This document shows positions 27,326-32,000 of a stretch of 32,000 nucleotides of DNA, piece after piece (the stretch's first letter is position 1; every line of letters starts with the position of its first letter). A model generated the notes under the pieces. The model had not been told where the DNA came from and made no database searches. It saw nothing but the letters and a program-made list of their open reading frames with translations. A program made the translations under genes and the position numbers. This DNA is from Cylindrospermopsis raciborskii Cr2010 (lineage in GTDB: Bacteria; Cyanobacteriota; Cyanobacteriia; Cyanobacteriales; Nostocaceae): contig NZ_CP065936.1 of assembly GCF_003367075.2 (NCBI RefSeq), forward strand, positions 2,820,001-2,852,000. Reading direction: 5' to 3'.

Positions 27326-27607
27326 ATTCACCTCATGAATAAACAACAAGAGCAACCACACTTAGGTCATATCCAGCTACCCATGTAATTGATACACCTT
27401 GGTACTTAGTGTGGAAAAATCTTTAAACAGTGCTCTAGTATATCCTATGTGAATGGGGGATGTCAAGCCAAATAAAGAATTCTAACCATATTCGGAAACC
27501 ATATTAAGATGACTGTAATTGATTTTATCCAAATTTTTATGACAATTCCTAAAACATTGGCATAATTGTCAACAAGTACCAGACAAACCTTGAAGAATCA
27601 GTAAACA

Positions 27608-28093
27608 GTGAACTTTTTTAAGTCGTTGATTTATTCCCCGCCTAAGTTGTGGCGTGTTGTAAAAACTATATTAGGCATTATTTTTCGTCACCCCATTCCG
27701 GGAACGAGTATTATTGCGACTTTATCCGATGGCAGAATCGTCTTGATTCGTCGGAGTGATGATGGATGTTGGGCGTTACCTGGTGGTATGGTAGATTGGG
27801 GAGAAGATATTCCCAGCGTAGTGCGTCGAGAGTTGAGGGAAGAGACGGGACTGGAACTAGTAAGAATTCGACGCTTAGTGGGAGTTTATTCTTCTTGGGA
27901 GCGAGATCCTAGAATTCATTCAATTTGTGTTGTAGTGGAAGCAGAAGTAGAAGGAGAAATGAACATTCAAGATCACCTAGAAGTGCTAGAAATTAAAGCC
28001 TTTCCTCCCACTTCCCTTCCCCTAACCCCCATGTCCCATGATCACTATCAGCAGTTACAAGATTACCTGAGTGGGTTAACCACATTGGCTTAG
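27608..28093 (+). CDS. NUDIX hydrolase
   Basis: Complete Nudix box GGMVDWGEDIPSVVRRELREETGL (GX5EX7REUXEEXGU). GTG start; no upstream ATG in frame. Confidence 0.8.
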   Translation: MNFFKSLIYSPPKLWRVVKTILGIIFRHPIPGTSIIATLSDGRIVLIRRSDDGCWALPGGMVDWGEDIPSVVRRELREETGLELVRIRRLVGVYSSWERDPRIHSICVVVEAEVEGEMNIQDHLEVLEIKAFPPTSLPLTPMSHDHYQQLQDYLSGLTTLA

Positions 28094-28167
28094 TTTAAGC
28101 TTATAAACTTTTTAATTAATCTTTTGATTTTACCCAAAATTCAACCTTAGTATTGCTTCAATGGATT

Positions 28168-28995
28168 ATGCCGTATACAACCCCATTCCGCAACTCCCGC
28201 ATCAAACTTCCCCAAGGACTTCTATTCTGGCATGAAATCGGTGAAGGAATCCCCATAATCTTCTTACACGGACCTTGGAATGATGGTAGTCAGTGGACAC
28301 AGGTAATGAGTTTAATAGCTGATAAATTCCATTGTTTTGCACCAGACCTATTAGGTTTTGGTACATCCGCAAATCCCAATGTACATCATTCAATCAGCTT
28401 ACAAGTAGAGTGTTTGAATGAGTTTGTAAAAGCTTTGAAGCTGAAGCGATTCTATTTAGTAGGGGATTCCTTGGGAGCTTGGATTGCCACTAGTTATGCG
28501 CTGAAATATCCTGATTATATTATTAGTTTGTTGTTATTACAACCAGAGGGCATAAAGACAGATAAATTAGAACCAACTTGCTCAAGTATGCGGCGTTTAG
28601 CTAATACACCGTCCTTATTATTTGCAGTGTTTAAGTGTTTAGATAAGAGATTCAATCCAATAATTAGAATATTAGGTTGGCAAAACAAAATAAATAAATA
28701 CTTGGAATTACACCGCAAATTCTTGGATCATCCTACAGCGTGCCAATTATTATTCAATCGGCAATTTCGGGAAATTGACAGGGAATTATTAGACAATAAT
28801 TTAGTTACCCTAGAACTACCTTGTTTGATTTTGCAAGGTGGTCAGGATGAGAGGGAAAATCTGGAGAAGAGTAAGATCTATTCATCCATGATTTCCCAAT
28901 CCCAGTTAAAAATCATCACCCATGGAAAAAACAATTTACCCCAAACCTGTACAACTGTAGTAGCTCAATATATCCTAGACTTTTTCACTTGTTAA
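28168..28995 (+). CDS. alpha/beta-fold hydrolase
   Basis: HG oxyanion motif IIFLHGPW, nucleophile elbow GDSLGAW, and a C-terminal His (ITHGKNN). The track start at 28153 is a TTG; the first ATG is at 28168. Confidence 0.75.
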   Translation: MPYTTPFRNSRIKLPQGLLFWHEIGEGIPIIFLHGPWNDGSQWTQVMSLIADKFHCFAPDLLGFGTSANPNVHHSISLQVECLNEFVKALKLKRFYLVGDSLGAWIATSYALKYPDYIISLLLLQPEGIKTDKLEPTCSSMRRLANTPSLLFAVFKCLDKRFNPIIRILGWQNKINKYLELHRKFLDHPTACQLLFNRQFREIDRELLDNNLVTLELPCLILQGGQDERENLEKSKIYSSMISQSQLKIITHGKNNLPQTCTTVVAQYILDFFTC

Positions 28996-29816
28996 TGGTT
29001 TCTCAGGACTTCTTCAATCCCCCACAGGATGAGATGTGGGTCTGAAATTAACCTTTTTCCTAGGGAGGGAGATAGTTGAACTAAAAGGTCTTTTAATAAA
29101 GTTCCATCCCCTCCAGTGATTGCAATGTAAGTGTGGGGGAACGAAGACAACCAATAATCAATAAAATCCTGGATTCCCGCCAACAATGTGTAAATAACTC
29201 CACTGAGAATTGCTGTTTTCGTCTCCAGCGCAAAACGTGGTGGTAAATTGAGAATTTCCCCCGTTGTCAATAATGGCAATTGCCCAGTATTTTCTCCCAA
29301 ACTGGCTAGTTGTAAACCCAGACCCGGTAAAATTGCTCCACCAACTAAAGACTCATTTTCATTTACACCTGTAAAAGTTAAAGCTGTACCTGCATCAATT
29401 ACTAAAGCTGGGAATCCATACTTTTTACCCGTACCCAATAAAGCTAAAGCGCGATCAATACCCAGGGTAGGATATATTTCTTTCAGGGGGACTTGATTTA
29501 AGGTGATCACTTGTATGTTAGGGTAGGATAGCCATGTTTGAGTTTCCTGGGGAACCACGGAAGCTAAAAAAATGGGAAGAGGACAGTAAATAGCTGGGGA
29601 GTGAGAGGGAAAAGAAAATTGGGTGGTCAGGGTAATCAGTTCATCCAGGGTTTGACATTGAGGGATCTGCAAGATCACATCTTCCGGTAAATGTCTACTA
29701 TCCCAGGTGAAGTATAACTTGTTCCCCAGAAATAAACCCCAGTGTAAATGGGAATTGCCAATGGCCAATCCTAGCACAAAATCATCCCTAACTTCTGATC
29801 TGCTATTCAGTTTCAC
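28992..29816 (-). CDS. coaX: type III pantothenate kinase
   Basis: Motifs LAIGNSHLHWG (phosphate-1), VIDAGTALT and ITGGDG, in an ASKHA fold pattern. GTG start. The stop shares the tetranucleotide TTAA (28992-28995) with the convergent hydrolase stop. Confidence 0.85.
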   Translation of the reverse strand: MKLNSRSEVRDDFVLGLAIGNSHLHWGLFLGNKLYFTWDSRHLPEDVILQIPQCQTLDELITLTTQFSFPSHSPAIYCPLPIFLASVVPQETQTWLSYPNIQVITLNQVPLKEIYPTLGIDRALALLGTGKKYGFPALVIDAGTALTFTGVNENESLVGGAILPGLGLQLASLGENTGQLPLLTTGEILNLPPRFALETKTAILSGVIYTLLAGIQDFIDYWLSSFPHTYIAITGGDGTLLKDLLVQLSPSLGKRLISDPHLILWGIEEVLRNH

Positions 29817-29929
29817 AGTTTTAAGTTTCTTAACTCAGCCATAGGTTTTTCAATAAACAGTAACATTAAAACCGTGTCACAATCAAGAGTAGAGGAATTA
29901 ATGCTCAAAAGAAATTAAGGAGGGGAGTT

Positions 29930-31675
29930 ATGGTATTGCTCACCGATGCTGGACAGGAAAAACAAGCTCCTGTCAAACGTCTGACCACACAGACTGTAGA
30001 AATTGCTCAAGACACCACAGCTATCCGCTCCTTAGACTGGGATCGGGACCGTTTTGATATTGAGTTTGGGTTACAAAATGGTACAACCTATAACTCATTT
30101 CTGATTCGCGGTGAACAGATAGCTCTAGTTGACACGTCTCATGAAAAGTTCCGTCACCTATATTTTGACGCACTCACTAGCTTAATTAATCTTCAAGATA
30201 TAAACTATCTCATCATTAGCCACACAGAACCCGATCACAGCGGATTAGTTAAGGATCTGCTGCAAAAAGCTCCTGATATCACCGTGGTTGGATCTAAGGT
30301 AGCAATTCAATTTTTAGAAGGTTTGGTACATCAACCATTTAAACGTCGGATAGTGAAAAATGGCGATCGCTTGTCTCTGGGAAATGGTCATGAATTGGAA
30401 TTTGTCATAGCTCCTAATTTACACTGGCCCGACACTATTTTTAGTTTCGATCACCATACAGAAACTTTATATACCTGTGATGCTTTTGGCATGCACTACT
30501 GCTCAGATAGCACATTTGATGACAATTTAGCCACCATTGAAGAAGACTTCAAATACTACTATGACTGTCTCATGGGACCCAACTCCCGCTCTGTGTTATC
30601 TGCTATAAAGCGGATGGCAGAATTGAAACATATCAAAATGATTGCTACCGGTCATGGACCTCTGTTATACCACAACGTGGAGGAATTAACGGGACGTTAT
30701 CGCACCTGGAGTCAAAGTCAAACCAAAGCGGAAAGCGTAGTAGGGATATTCTATCTCTCTGAGTATGGTTATAGCGATCGCCTGGCCCAATCCATTGCTA
30801 ACGGGGTGATGAAGACGGGTCTAGGGGTAGAGATGGTGGATCTAGGTGGAGCAGTAGACCTACAGGAGCTACGGGAACTAGTGGGACGGTGTAAGGGATT
30901 AGTTCTAGGAATGTCGCCAGTTTCCACCACTAATTCCAGCATGCAAGCTGCAGTGAGTACGGTTTTGGGGTCAGCTACTGAAAAACAAGCCATTGGTATT
31001 TTTGAAACTGGTGGTGGAGATGATGAACCCACCTACCCACTGTTAAATAAATTCCGAGCTGCGGGTTTAATGATTGGTTTCCCTGTGATTGAGATACGAG
31101 AAACACCGACAGAAAACACATACAAAAAATGCGAGGAAGCTGGGACTGACCTGGGACAGTTAGTTACCAAAGAGAAAAGCATCAAAGCGATGAAATCCTT
31201 GGGTGCTGATTTAGATAAAGCCCTGGGGAGGATTAGTGGTGGTTTATATATCATCACCGCCAAAAAGGGTGATGTTTCCAGTGCTATGTTGGCCTCCTGG
31301 GTAAGTCAGTCCAGTTTTAAACCCCTAGGTTTTTCCATTGCGGTAGCTAAAGATCGGGCCATAGAATCTCTGATGCAAGTAGGAGATCGGTTTGTCCTCA
31401 ATGTTTTAGAAGAAGGTAACTATCAAACATTGATGAAGCACTTTTTAAAGCGATTTGCTCCCGGTGCGGATCGGTTTGAAGGTGTAAAAACCCAACCAGC
31501 AGAAAATGGCGCTCCGATTTTAAGTGATGCTTTAGCCTATATGGAATGTGAAGTGGTAAGTCGGATGGACTGTGGTGATCATTGGGCGGTATATAGTACC
31601 GTCTATGCGGGAAGAGTATCTAAGCCAGACTCACTCACAGCAGTTCACCATCGTAAAGTCGGTAATCACTACTAA
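29930..31675 (+). CDS. flavodiiron protein, canonical di-iron ligand type (Flv3/Flv4-like), three-domain cyanobacterial form
   Basis: 581 aa. Metallo-beta-lactamase-like domain with ISHTEPDH, then a flavodoxin-like domain, then a C-terminal flavin-reductase-like domain (GLYIITAKKGD...MLASWVSQ). AAGGAGG Shine-Dalgarno. Confidence 0.92.
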   Translation: MVLLTDAGQEKQAPVKRLTTQTVEIAQDTTAIRSLDWDRDRFDIEFGLQNGTTYNSFLIRGEQIALVDTSHEKFRHLYFDALTSLINLQDINYLIISHTEPDHSGLVKDLLQKAPDITVVGSKVAIQFLEGLVHQPFKRRIVKNGDRLSLGNGHELEFVIAPNLHWPDTIFSFDHHTETLYTCDAFGMHYCSDSTFDDNLATIEEDFKYYYDCLMGPNSRSVLSAIKRMAELKHIKMIATGHGPLLYHNVEELTGRYRTWSQSQTKAESVVGIFYLSEYGYSDRLAQSIANGVMKTGLGVEMVDLGGAVDLQELRELVGRCKGLVLGMSPVSTTNSSMQAAVSTVLGSATEKQAIGIFETGGGDDEPTYPLLNKFRAAGLMIGFPVIEIRETPTENTYKKCEEAGTDLGQLVTKEKSIKAMKSLGADLDKALGRISGGLYIITAKKGDVSSAMLASWVSQSSFKPLGFSIAVAKDRAIESLMQVGDRFVLNVLEEGNYQTLMKHFLKRFAPGADRFEGVKTQPAENGAPILSDALAYMECEVVSRMDCGDHWAVYSTVYAGRVSKPDSLTAVHHRKVGNHY

Positions 31676-31694
31676 TCCCTAGTTCGCCAGTTTT

Positions 31695-31713
31695 GGGTGC
31701 GTTTAACGCACCC
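31695..31713 (+). other. intercistronic hairpin between the two flavodiiron genes
   Basis: GGGTGCG (31695-31701), loop TTTAA, CGCACCC (31707-31713). A 7-bp perfect GC-rich stem with no U-tract after it. Confidence 0.35.
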
Positions 31714-31751
31714 CATAAACTTTAAATCACACTTAAAATATTGGAGATACT

Positions 31752-32000
31752 ATGTCAATTACTAAACCCCGTGATGTACAGATAATACCTATTGGTACAA
31801 ATACCATCATATTACGCTCCCGCAGTTGGACAAGATTGCGGTTTGAAATTGAATATGGTTTAGCCAAGGGGACCACAGCTAATTCCTTTGTCATTAAGAG
31901 TGATAAAATTGCCATAATTGACCCCCCAGGGGAAACTTTTACCAAGATTTATTTGGATGCATTACAAGATAGAATTAACCCAAAATCCATTGACTATATA
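31752..32000 (+). CDS. flavodiiron protein (Flv1/Flv2-like partner), N-terminal part; continues beyond window end
   Basis: Not in the track because it is truncated. An ATG at 31752 follows GGAGA. Translation: MSITKPRDVQIIPIGTNTIILRSRSWTRLRFEIEYGLAKGTTANSFVIKSDKIAIIDPPGETF..., a typical FDP N-terminus (RDVQ...LRSRSW.RL.FEIEY...GTTANS). Confidence 0.8.
   Translation, partial: MSITKPRDVQIIPIGTNTIILRSRSWTRLRFEIEYGLAKGTTANSFVIKSDKIAIIDPPGETFTKIYLDALQDRINPKSIDYI

Noticed and set aside
28992-28995. Shared TTAA containing the stop codons of both the convergent hydrolase and coaX genes.
   Set aside because: It is real but trivial. A 4-bp tail-to-tail overlap is common in compact genomes and has no evident functional implication.
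1-32000. Search for tRNA/rRNA genes, CRISPR arrays, transposases/integrases, toxin-antitoxin pairs and known defence-system genes.
   Set aside because: None were seen. All intergenic gaps are at most ~314 bp and lack tRNA-like T-arm (GGTTCRANYC) or cloverleaf signatures. No ORF has DDE/tyrosine-recombinase, Cas, restriction-modification or other defence hallmarks. The absence was judged by eye and should be confirmed with tRNAscan-SE, Infernal and DefenseFinder.

Overview
Gene-dense, AT-rich chromosomal window from a cyanobacterium, most likely a filamentous heterocyst-forming (Nostocales-type) strain. Support: psbO, psb28, two adjacent flavodiiron genes, ftsQ-ftsZ with a long FtsZ N-terminal peptide, and 10 exact copies of the HIP1 octamer GCGATCGC. 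I recognise 31 protein-coding genes; two are cut by the window edges and one (tldD) is broken by an in-frame stop. I saw no rRNA, tRNA, CRISPR array, transposase/integrase or prophage genes. Most content is core housekeeping: polA, ftsQZ, grxC-gshB, hflX, cysS, ribBA, argC, coaX, a Cu(I) P-type ATPase, TldD/PmbA and a COG0523 metallochaperone. The ORF track translates TTG/GTG starts as M, so I moved several starts to downstream ATGs. The best candidate for an undescribed system is a tightly packed two-gene cassette on the minus strand (11583-14513). It encodes a P-loop AAA+/STAND-like NTPase and a protein with a Walker-A-less N-domain fused to 8 TPRs, ending 11 nt upstream of an hflX that has no ATG start. 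No effector domain is recognisable, so this is a hypothesis, not a call. Other points: PsbO has a lipobox-type signal peptide, ftsZ and gshB overlap convergently by 39 bp, RibBA has a ~148-aa uncharacterised C-terminal extension, and several intergenic inverted repeats are present.
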